From Candidatus Moanibacter sp. (GTDB lineage Bacteria > Verrucomicrobiota > Verrucomicrobiia > Opitutales > UBA2987), in the NCBI GenBank assembly GCA_965215885.1, contig CBDCEW010000010.1, forward strand, positions 1-17,093: DNA of 17,093 nucleotides, read 5' to 3'. This document shows, piece after piece, positions 1 through 7,741 of the stretch. The notes beneath the pieces were generated by a model. The model was given only the letters and a program-made list of their open reading frames with translations, made no database searches and was not told the origin of the DNA. The position numbers and the translations under genes are program-made. Positions within the stretch are counted from its first letter, which is position 1; every line of letters starts with the position of its first letter.

Positions 1-159
1 CTTTGCCGCGTGAAGCGCTTTCGCCCGATCAACTGTCGAGACGGGACCGGCAGCCTGTTCGGTTGTTTCGCACGAGAGTGTGAGAGCCGCCGTCGAGGCG
101 AAAATGAGGGTCAGTCTAAGTCGACGCGGACAGGCGCGGATAATGCGGGCGAGAAACAT
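1..159 (-). CDS. N-terminal part of a probable secreted lipoprotein (runs off the window edge)
   Basis: ATG at 159 on the minus strand reads MFLARIIRACPRRLRLTLIFASTAALTLSCETTEQAAGPVSTVDRAKALHAAK with no stop to position 1. Basic n-region, hydrophobic h-region and lipobox-like LTLSC. Not in the ORF track. Confidence 0.6.
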   Translation of the reverse strand, partial: MFLARIIRACPRRLRLTLIFASTAALTLSCETTEQAAGPVSTVDRAKALHAAK

Positions 160-449
160 TCGCGATTTAAAGGGACGGGCTCCTAGAGAGCAGGGCGGGG
201 AGCTGAGGATTCCAGAAGATTCCATCATTGCTTGTCTGGGATTGTGGTTTCGATCGTTGCTCGAATGCTGTCGTGGCGCTGCTCCTTAGAGAAATGCCGC
301 CCGGGGGAGGCGACTCGTGTGGATGTACATCGAATCTGTGAACCGAAACTTCAATGCCCATGCGGGTTTTCCGGCGCGACTTTTGGTCAATTCGACGGCG
401 GAGATTGCCAGTTAGCGGATTAGAATTCGTTCTCGTTCTCGGAAATTCG

Positions 450-526
450 GGAAGACGAAAAGCATCCGCTTTCCGCTACAGTCCGAATCGAAATGTGTAG
501 CGGAACGCGGAAGCTTTTCGTCTTCC
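450..526. repeat. GTAG-type REP doublet (REPIN-like inverted pair)
   Basis: Arms 450-480 and 496-526 are 31-bp inverted repeats with 2 mismatches and a 15-nt spacer. Each arm reads GTAG plus an internal hairpin (left arm reverse complement: GTAG-CGGAAAGC-GGAT-GCTTTTCG). Confidence 0.8.
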
Positions 527-698
527 ACAAAGTGCTGCGAGTTACGAGTTACTGATTATCAAGTGGTTGCGATTCAGAATATATATGACGGTGCGATTCA
601 TCTACAGGATTTCATGGAGTCGAAATCCAGAAAAACGGTGAAGGATTTACAGAGATCGGGGTATCATATCGACCACCCTTCCGAACGATTTATTGGGC

Positions 699-1205
699 AT
701 GAGAAAAAAATCCACCAGAAGTCCGATCCGTGTAGGAGCAGTTTTAATGATATTGGCCATCAGCGCGGGTGCATGTCTGGGAAGCGGGCAGGAAGGCGCG
801 CTTTCTTTGCCCTATAAGAAAGCGATAAGGGATGCTGAAAAAGTCGCTGAATTGAGTGAATCATGGCGTGTCATGCGCGGCGCTGGAAATTCAATGCTAC
901 CGCTTTACGGAGAGAATTCCGTGCTCTTAGTAGAGATGACCGATTTCGATTACCTGGGTGCAGGAATGATTGCCGTATATAGGGATACAAACGGAGATTT
1001 GGTCGCCCACCAGGTACGAGGGAGAGCGAGGGATGGTTGGATCACCCAGGGTATTAACAATCGTCGCGAAGATCCCAGTCCGGTGACTACCCTGAACTTC
1101 GTCGGGACCCTTTTCGGAGTGTTAAATGCCTCGGACGGCGCCTCCTCTTTGTCCGCGTCAGAGGCGACGAGCAAATATCCCGTAGTTTATGGGAAAGAGT
1201 ATTAG
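699..1205 (+). CDS. S24/S26-family (signal peptidase I-like) peptidase
   Basis: GNSMLP catalytic Ser motif, GMIAVYR, VAHQV (His general base), WITQGINN..ED box and an N-terminal hydrophobic segment. ATG at 699 preferred over TTG at 693. Confidence 0.8.
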   Translation: MRKKSTRSPIRVGAVLMILAISAGACLGSGQEGALSLPYKKAIRDAEKVAELSESWRVMRGAGNSMLPLYGENSVLLVEMTDFDYLGAGMIAVYRDTNGDLVAHQVRGRARDGWITQGINNRREDPSPVTTLNFVGTLFGVLNASDGASSLSASEATSKYPVVYGKEY

Positions 1206-1264
1206 GAGCCTTATAGTTCCTATCAATCGGACAATTCCAAGTGATCCGGCTCGACCATTCGTTT

Positions 1265-1346
1265 GTCATTGCGAGCGTAGCGCGGCAATCCACGGGTATG
1301 AGGCCCCGAAAATCTGGATTGTTTCGTCATTCTTCCTCGCAATGAC
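1265..1346. repeat. CGTC-type palindromic repeat element
   Basis: Outer inverted repeat GTCATTGCGAG (1265-1275) / CTCGCAATGAC (1336-1346) with inner CAATCC / GGATTG pairing, the typical layout of this widespread repeat class. Lies downstream of the peptidase gene. Confidence 0.75.
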
Positions 1347-1415
1347 GAGGTTCGCATGTTTTTGCAATTGGTTGCGGCAGCGACCTCATTTTATCGTGCT
1401 GAGTCCGGCAGGCTC

Positions 1416-1605
1416 CTAGCCCGGACAATTCACACACTTCGTAGCGAGACGGCGTAGATCGCTGTGTGTCAATGCCTTTCCGAAGCACGGCGGGCGACAG
1501 CGTGTCGGAACCCTCTGAGGTCGCCGGGCTTCGGATAGTCACTGATACGCAGTCCCGGCGTGCCGGGACAGTCTCGCTACGAAGTGTGTGAATTGTCCGG
1601 GCTAG
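1416..1605. mobile_element. MITE-like non-autonomous element with perfect terminal inverted repeats
   Basis: 1416-1450 (CTAGCCCGGACAATTCACACACTTCGTAGCGAGAC) is the exact reverse complement of 1571-1605. CTAG at both tips may be a 4-bp target duplication. No credible coding capacity in 190 bp. Confidence 0.8.
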
Positions 1606-2022
1606 TCCGTGGTCAATTCTTCTTCATTTGCGTCTATTCGCGTGGTCTGCCGTACGGAAGGTACGTGTTTAGCATGATCATAAGCTGCCCCGGTCTTGTG
1701 CCCATAATTACGAAATTGGGTTGGAGAACCCAAAGTAAATGTTATTCAGGCACTTGCAAGATTCTATTGATTACATAGTATGCCAGAATGGAGTTTCAAC
1801 GATTGTTGTGTGTGGGTTCGTTAGAGGTAGAGAGCTTTTCCTGCAGGTTTGTTTTCAGTTAGAAACTTGTTGAGTATTAATCAGTTACAAAAGCGCTTTG
1901 AACGGGGAGTTGATTTCTGGTGGCAATTGAGTAGAAGCGAAGGGAGCTGGAGAAAGTTGGTATTGGCATTGTGTGTAAAATAAAGTTTGCAGTTTTGCCT
2001 CCTTTCCATACTGTGCCGGTGC

Positions 2023-2724
2023 ATGCAAGAAGAGCTTTCGCGTAAAGAGAGGGAGGTGGTCGAAGCGGTACGGCGGGATCGGGTAAGCACGGTGTGGAGG
2101 CTGATGAAGGAGCAGAGGGTGTCGCGGCGAACGGTCTATCGGGCTTTGCAAAAATATGGCCATTACTCCAGTTACAATGCCAATTGTGGCTACCTGAGCT
2201 TGAAAGACATTCCGCGCTTTGACGGGGCCGGTTTGTGGCGTTTTCGCAAGGGGCGCTTTTCGCGCCACGGCACCTTGGAGGAGACCGTGGAGGCGGTGGT
2301 GGGAGCTTCGCTTTGCGGCTACACGGTGGCTGAGTTGGAGACCCTCCTTGGGGTACGGGTGCACAACCCCATAAGCGTGCTTTGTAGAAAGAAGCGGTTG
2401 AGTCGATACGATGAAGGGCGTCACTGCGTGTATGTCTCGGCCGGGGAACAGGGCGGGGCCGAACAGAAAAAGCGGCGGCAAGGGCGAAGAACAGCGGCAC
2501 AAGTTCAGGCAGGGGACCCCGGGGGCGCTTTGCAGGCAGCTCCCGAAGGGCTCGAAACGATGGTCGTGATCGCTTTGCTGGTCGCCTGTATCGGCCATCC
2601 CGAGGCCGGGGTCAAGGAGCTTGTCGAGCTTATGCAAGAGCAGGGAGTAGAGCTGAGCGGGGAGCAAATTGAGCGGGTGATGGCGTTTTACTCGCTCAAA
2701 AAAAAACCGGAACGATCGCGGTAG
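2023..2724 (+). CDS. IS OrfA: putative DNA-binding helper or N-terminal part of a frameshift-fused transposase
   Basis: Inside the TIRs. HTH-like segments (VSRRTVYRAL; YTVAELETLLG) and a KKK-encoding A9 run near the end. ATG at 2023 preferred over TTG at 1987. Confidence 0.7.
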   Translation: MQEELSRKEREVVEAVRRDRVSTVWRLMKEQRVSRRTVYRALQKYGHYSSYNANCGYLSLKDIPRFDGAGLWRFRKGRFSRHGTLEETVEAVVGASLCGYTVAELETLLGVRVHNPISVLCRKKRLSRYDEGRHCVYVSAGEQGGAEQKKRRQGRRTAAQVQAGDPGGALQAAPEGLETMVVIALLVACIGHPEAGVKELVELMQEQGVELSGEQIERVMAFYSLKKKPERSR

Positions 2725-2741
2725 CGGAGCTGTTACATGAT

Positions 2742-4559
2742 TTGCGGGCAGAGGCTGAACGGGCCCTGCAAACGGTGGGGGCTGTGCCTGCGCAAACGAG
2801 TTATCGCTTCGATGCCCGGGAGGACGAAGAGGGTCCTTCAGAGGTGCGCAAGACCCTGCGCCGCAAGGTGGTCAGTTTCTCCTATGGATGCTTCCAGGCG
2901 GTGGAAGTTGTGCGCGAGCAGGGGCAAGGGAGCCACCGCAACAGCTACCGTTCTGCTCGCCTGGAACAGATCGTGCCCTCGCATAGTCGCTACGCTTACG
3001 ATCTGATTGCCTATGTGGGCAAGCGATGTTTGTGCGAAAACGCCACCCTCAAAGAGGTGCACAGGGAACTGCGCGAGGGCCCGGGGCAGCTGCAGATTGC
3101 TCAAAGCAGCCTCTATGAGATGCAGCAGAAGTTTCTTTTTTATCTGGGTCGGCTGCACGCCGCGGCCGCTCCGGTGCTTAAAGATTACCTGAGCGCTCGC
3201 CCTTGCCTGCGCTGGCTGGTGGATGGGACCGTGGAACCGCAGACGCCGGTTTTCTTCGCTGTTCAGGAAGCCGACGAAGGGATCCTTTTGGGCAGCTGGA
3301 AAATGCCTTCCGAACAGAGCGAAACGATCAGTGGCTGTTTTGCCCGGGCGGCCCGGGCTTTTGGCCAACCCCACCATGTCTATCATGATTTAAGCGCTCA
3401 GATCAGCAAGGCCTGCGAGAGCGAAACCTTCCAGGCCCCCCATGGCGTCTGCCATTATCATTTCGCCCGCAATGTGGGCGAACAGCTTTATCGAAAACCC
3501 CAGCAGATGCTCAACGGGCGCTTGCGGCAATTGAAGCTCATGGAGCGCATGCGCGAGCAACGCAAACACATCACCGCAAAGCTCCGTGACGCCCTCCGTG
3601 AAAAACACGCCCTCGTCCTGGCCGATTTGCTCACCGCCAAAGCGCTCGCAGTGCCCTTCGATCCCACCCTTGCACGGGAACTGCTCATGGCCCTGCAATT
3701 GTGGATTTTGGATTATCCCTGCGACGGTCACCGCCAGGGCTTTCCCTTCGATCCTTACCTGCTTTATTGGCATCGGCGGGTCGTGCGCGCCCATGCCGCC
3801 CTGGAGCAGTGGCTTGCCCGCGCTCCTGCCAGTTGCTCTGTTCTGCGAAGCTTCTTTCATCTTTCGACCGGGTTGAAGCAGTATCTGGCTGATGCCCTCG
3901 TCATCGAAGCCGCTACTATCTATGAAAACGCTTTTTGCATTTTCAGCGCTTTGCGCGATGCCCTTTGGCTCAGCGCCAGCGGCCCCTGCCCTTTAAGCGA
4001 CCCTTATCTGTTGCAAGCAGGACAAGCCGCTGAGCTCACCGAGGCTCTCCAGTTGCTGCGTGCCCAATATCGCCAAAAAGGCGCCTCCCTGACCAACCCC
4101 TCGAAAGCCAAACTCTACCGCACCGTGGTCACTCATCTGGACAAATACTGGCAGCGGCTGCTTCCCCCACCGGCCCATCCAGACAGCGTACGCACGACCA
4201 ATGAGCTGGAAGGCACCTGGCGCACCTCCAAGCGCAAACGCCGTCAAACCCACGGGCGCAAAAATCTGACGCGCGACTTTGAAGCGCTCCCCGAAGAATA
4301 CATGCTCCTGGCCAACTTACACAATCCCCGCTATGTGGAGCTGGTTTTAGGCAGTATCGATAATCTGCCCCAAAAGCTTGCCCAGGCTGCACAGAAAGCA
4401 CCCCCCTTCAGTCACTGGCGGGCGAACAGAAAAACCCTCGCCGTGGGTCGATTGCCCAAAAAGCTCCTGCGAAAAGAAAACTTCCTTGAGGAACTCTTCG
4501 AAGTCTGTAATCGCCAGGATCAATCCTTAAACCCGCAACCCCATCGGATTGCCTCCTGA
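2742..4559 (+). CDS. DDE transposase, Mutator/IS256-superfamily-like (OrfB)
   Basis: Candidate triad WLVDGT, YHDLS and RTTNELEG, with a CxxH motif (CHYH) after the second Asp and a long helical insertion before the Glu. The frame is open upstream to 2673, through the A9 run. Confidence 0.8.
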   Translation: MRAEAERALQTVGAVPAQTSYRFDAREDEEGPSEVRKTLRRKVVSFSYGCFQAVEVVREQGQGSHRNSYRSARLEQIVPSHSRYAYDLIAYVGKRCLCENATLKEVHRELREGPGQLQIAQSSLYEMQQKFLFYLGRLHAAAAPVLKDYLSARPCLRWLVDGTVEPQTPVFFAVQEADEGILLGSWKMPSEQSETISGCFARAARAFGQPHHVYHDLSAQISKACESETFQAPHGVCHYHFARNVGEQLYRKPQQMLNGRLRQLKLMERMREQRKHITAKLRDALREKHALVLADLLTAKALAVPFDPTLARELLMALQLWILDYPCDGHRQGFPFDPYLLYWHRRVVRAHAALEQWLARAPASCSVLRSFFHLSTGLKQYLADALVIEAATIYENAFCIFSALRDALWLSASGPCPLSDPYLLQAGQAAELTEALQLLRAQYRQKGASLTNPSKAKLYRTVVTHLDKYWQRLLPPPAHPDSVRTTNELEGTWRTSKRKRRQTHGRKNLTRDFEALPEEYMLLANLHNPRYVELVLGSIDNLPQKLAQAAQKAPPFSHWRANRKTLAVGRLPKKLLRKENFLEELFEVCNRQDQSLNPQPHRIAS

Positions 4560-4752
4560 CAACGACTCCAGTGCCCTCCCTCTGCTCCCCATTTTCTTCA
4601 TGCTCTAACCAGAGAACTCCACGCAATTTGCGTGCCAACCGAAATTCAGAACGATGGGCACAAGACCGGGGCAGCCTCAAAACGCTAAATAGGTACCTAA
4701 GTCCGACAGATTCCTACCGTTAGCGAGAAGGGAAGGAGAGAGATCGAACTGG

Positions 4753-5844
4753 TTGACTCACGATCGTATGGGAATAGCGTTGGCGAGCGTGAATAGAGAG
4801 ACTGAAGTAGGATTTGCTATTGTCGGGACAGGAAACATCTCCGGTATGCACGCTGACGCGATTTCCGGCGTGCCCGGCGCTGCGCTTCGCGCCGTGCATA
4901 ATCGCGGGGAGAGCAAGGGGCGAAAATTTGCGGAAGAACAGAAGGTCGATTATGCTCCCTCCCTGGATGAGCTATTGAAACGCAACGATATTGACGTGGT
5001 CTGCGTTGCGACGCCCAGCGGCGCCCATGCGGATGTCGCTATTCCCGCTCTCCGCAGTGGTAAACATGTGCTCTGCGAAAAGCCGTTGGAAGTGACCCTT
5101 GAAAAGACAGACAGGATGATTAAGGAGGCGAACGAGTCAGACCGAATTTTAGCGGCGATCTTCCAATCGAGGATGAATCCGCAGGCGAAGACTATCAAAG
5201 ATGCCCTCTCTGAGGGTCGCTTTGGACGCCTGGCGTTGTGCAGCGCCTATATAAAATGGTGGCGCGACGACGCCTACTATCAAAGTGCGGACTGGCGGGG
5301 CACCTCGTCGTTGGACGGTGGCGGCGCGCTCATGAACCAGAGCATTCATTACGTGGATCTTCTGCAATGGCTCGTTGGTATGCCGGAGTCGGTTTCCGCC
5401 TACATTGCGACGCGAGCTCACGAAGGGCTCGAGGTTGAAGATGTCGCTTGCGCTAGTTTGCGTTTTGCAAATGGCGCATTGGGTGTCATTGAAGCGGCCA
5501 CGGCGTGTTATCCGGGATACGAACGCAGAATTGAAATAGGTGGTGACCGTGGGTCCGCTGTGCTGGAGGATAACAGTCTGGTTAAATGGGAATTCGCGGA
5601 GAAGCGTCCGGAGGACGACGATATCCTTCAATCTCAGAGCGATTTGCAGCTGGGAGGCGGGACATCGGATCCTATGTCGATCAGCAGCGATGGTCACCGT
5701 CTGCAGATTCTCGATTTGGTCGGTGCAATCAGAGAGGGTCGCAAGCCGGCGATTCCGGGGGAAGAGGGTAGGAACGCTGTTCAGTTGGTCGAAGCCATTT
5801 ATGAATCGGCGAGAACCGGGAGGGTTGTGGATCTCGAACTCTAA
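4753..5844 (+). CDS. Gfo/Idh/MocA-family NAD(P)-dependent oxidoreductase
   Basis: GFAIVGTGNIS Rossmann motif, ATPSGAH, GKHVLCEKP, GGGALMNQSIHYVD. True start may be 4768 (ATG) or 4789 (GTG). Confidence 0.95.
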   Translation: MTHDRMGIALASVNRETEVGFAIVGTGNISGMHADAISGVPGAALRAVHNRGESKGRKFAEEQKVDYAPSLDELLKRNDIDVVCVATPSGAHADVAIPALRSGKHVLCEKPLEVTLEKTDRMIKEANESDRILAAIFQSRMNPQAKTIKDALSEGRFGRLALCSAYIKWWRDDAYYQSADWRGTSSLDGGGALMNQSIHYVDLLQWLVGMPESVSAYIATRAHEGLEVEDVACASLRFANGALGVIEAATACYPGYERRIEIGGDRGSAVLEDNSLVKWEFAEKRPEDDDILQSQSDLQLGGGTSDPMSISSDGHRLQILDLVGAIREGRKPAIPGEEGRNAVQLVEAIYESARTGRVVDLEL

Positions 5845-5891
5845 AATTCCAAAGCACATTTTCGGTTCAAACAGGTATGAATTTTGACTCG

Positions 5892-5931
5892 ACCCACCCC
5901 TAACCCCTCCCAGGAGGGGCAAGGGGTGGGT
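5892..5931. terminator. GC-rich hairpin between convergent genes (terminator-like or palindromic repeat)
   Basis: ACCCACCCCT (5892-5901) pairs with AGGGGTGGGT (5922-5931), with inner stem CCCCTCC/GGAGGGG, followed by TTCTT. Confidence 0.6.
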
Positions 5932-5980
5932 TTCTTCCAAGCCCGTTACAACCTTCACAAAACGTTAGTCAATCGCCACG

Positions 5981-6835
5981 CTACTTTCCAGTCCCGGGCA
6001 CTGCGCCGGCAAACTTGCTGATCCATCCCTTTAGAGGGACGTCCTCCTCTTTCGGCGAGGTGTAGCCGAAACCTCCGGTTCCCGCACCGAGGAGCTGTTT
6101 CTGTATGGGGTCGCAGCGATCCATGAGGTGGGACACCGTCATGTTGTCCCTTGGTCGAAGCCAGCGGTAGCTGTAACCGTAAAACAGAACCTTGCGGGTC
6201 CGATGGGACCGATTCGGCGAGCCGGTGTGCCAGATTCTCCGATCAAAAAATACTGCCGTACCGGCGGGGACTTGAACCTGGATCGCGCCTTCCGGATCAG
6301 CGGGAGGGTCGGTCGGGATTTCCAGATTGTTCTTCAAGTGACTTCCCGGGACGACCGAGAAATTACCGCAATCCGGGGTGGTAGTATCGGTGAGGAAAAA
6401 GCCGATCTTGAGGGAAACACGCGGTCGTGGGTCGCCCTCCAATTCCACATTGAGACGCCCGCTGTCCTGATGCCAGTTGCCCACCCGGGGCGCAGGATCG
6501 TCACTAGCGGCCGTTTGAGGCGGTGTGACGATCAGGTGCGAGTGATAGAGCTGGATATTCCATCCCAGAATTCCCCAGACCTTCGGGAAGGTTTTCGGCC
6601 AGTCGAGAAGATCGAGGTAGGACTCTTCCCAGCCGATGAAGTCCAACAAATTGACGCGATCATTTGGTCCCACTTTGTGCTCCGATCGATAACGATCACA
6701 AGTGGCGTCGACTGCGGCCGTCATCTCTTCGACCTTCTCAAGAGGGAGCGCTTCTCGGACGACAAAATAGCCCTCGTCTTCAAACTGAGTTCGTTCTTCC
6801 TCAGTCAGGCAATACTTTGTGCACTCGCTGTCCAT
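5981..6835 (-). CDS. Phytanoyl-CoA dioxygenase (PhyH)-family Fe(II)/2-oxoglutarate dioxygenase
   Basis: QFEDEGYFVV start motif, WHQD iron ligands, VVPGSH, distal His in IWHTGSPN and following Arg. Confidence 0.93.
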   Translation of the reverse strand: MDSECTKYCLTEEERTQFEDEGYFVVREALPLEKVEEMTAAVDATCDRYRSEHKVGPNDRVNLLDFIGWEESYLDLLDWPKTFPKVWGILGWNIQLYHSHLIVTPPQTAASDDPAPRVGNWHQDSGRLNVELEGDPRPRVSLKIGFFLTDTTTPDCGNFSVVPGSHLKNNLEIPTDPPADPEGAIQVQVPAGTAVFFDRRIWHTGSPNRSHRTRKVLFYGYSYRWLRPRDNMTVSHLMDRCDPIQKQLLGAGTGGFGYTSPKEEDVPLKGWISKFAGAVPGTGK

Positions 6836-6920
6836 GGCTTTCGTTAAAATCCGCTTGGCGGAATCGCAATGAAAGTAGCGAGAGTATTTCGAAGCAAGAA
6901 CGGATTGCTGCTTTCGAAAT

Positions 6921-7307
6921 TCACCAGACTACTGCGACAGGATATTTTCGGAATACACTGTCAGGGGATACGATCCTGATTCCCTCTTCGATTGATTGGG
7001 CAATAAGCAATCTGTCGAATGGGTCCTGATGAACGAGATCCAGTTCGCTTGTTCTGTAGACGTGAATTTTCTCAATTTTCAGTTCCTTGAGAAACCAGTG
7101 AGCTTGTTGCTCTTCAATCCATATTCGTGGAGGAGAGAGTAAAGACAGTTTACCGCTCCGCCATTTTACGCAGATTTCCCAAGCAGAGACGTCGCTCAGA
7201 AATATCTGGTTCTCCTCGTTGTCGATCGCCTCAGCGGCCGTTTTACTCAACCTGTTCGGTTCACCGGCGAGCCAGATGAAAGTACACGTGTCGAGTAGCA
7301 GATTCAA
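6921..7307 (-). CDS. vapC: Type II TA toxin, VapC-family PIN-domain ribonuclease
   Basis: LLLDTCTFIW, SAWEI, HQDPFDRLLIAQ and terminal SPD acidic PIN motifs. TTG start one base after the antitoxin stop. Confidence 0.95.
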   Translation of the reverse strand: MNLLLDTCTFIWLAGEPNRLSKTAAEAIDNEENQIFLSDVSAWEICVKWRSGKLSLLSPPRIWIEEQQAHWFLKELKIEKIHVYRTSELDLVHQDPFDRLLIAQSIEEGIRIVSPDSVFRKYPVAVVW

Positions 7308-7308
7308 A

Positions 7309-7557
7309 TCAGTTAAGACCCCAATCCTCGAGTTCCTTGTCGCTCAATGGTTCGAAACAGTCCTTCGAGTAGGTTACCGTCCCACCCGTCAGTGTTCCAA
7401 CTTTTGGTCGTCGGGGTTTTTCCTTCACTTTCTTCGCCGATACCAGCTTTGCGGCCGGTTCCTTACCGCGGCAGATGATAATCTCTTCTCCTCCTTCGAC
7501 TTCCAATATCAGGCGCGAGAGATGGGTTTTTGCCTCATGTGTCGTGACCGATTTCAT
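7309..7557 (-). CDS. Type II TA antitoxin, Phd/YefM family
   Basis: HEAKTHLSRLI...GEEIIICRGKEPAAKLV signature, directly upstream of vapC. Confidence 0.93.
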   Translation of the reverse strand: MKSVTTHEAKTHLSRLILEVEGGEEIIICRGKEPAAKLVSAKKVKEKPRRPKVGTLTGGTVTYSKDCFEPLSDKELEDWGLN

Positions 7558-7577
7558 ATAAATGGTAAGAAGACCTC

Positions 7578-7606
7578 GAAACTAAACTTAGTCAAGACTT
7601 AGTTTC
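7578..7606. promoter_or_regulatory. Putative autoregulatory operator of the TA operon
   Basis: Inverted repeat GAAACTAA (7578-7585) / TTAGTTTC (7599-7606) with ACTTAGT repeated twice, about 20 nt upstream of the antitoxin start. Overlaps a minus-strand TTGACT. Confidence 0.45.
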
Positions 7607-7741
7607 TAATGATCGGCTTATAGAATGAGGTTGGAATGTAGGGTCTATGAAGTATTCCAGCCAATGGTTTGGCTTCGATTCCTTCGCTTTCAAGAATGCA
7701 GGCAATAGGGAGTATCGTGCCCATCATCTCTTCATTGTTAC

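Larger units (their letters stand above)
1660..4697 (+). mobile_element. Unclassified two-ORF insertion sequence with Mutator/IS256-like transposase and long TIRs
   Basis: Imperfect TIRs 1660-1724 and 4635-4697 share a perfect 22-bp core GCTGCCCCGGTCTTGTGCCCAT (1684-1705 / 4654-4675) and GGTAC tips. They enclose a helper ORF and a DDE transposase. Confidence 0.85.

Noticed and set aside
1203..1660. CRISPR array or structured RNA gene in the repeat-rich spacer
   Set aside because: The repeats are inverted rather than regularly spaced direct repeats, there are no cas genes, and no tRNA or known ncRNA signature is visible.
1877..2667. Long minus-strand ORFs (207 and 260 aa), and similar ones at 5149-5958 and 6128-6847
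   Set aside because: They are antisense shadows of better-supported genes and have no recognisable motifs.
6886..6920. Hairpin ATTTCGAA...TTCGAAAT downstream of vapC as a terminator
   Set aside because: The stem is AT-rich and bulged with no U-tract, too weak to call.
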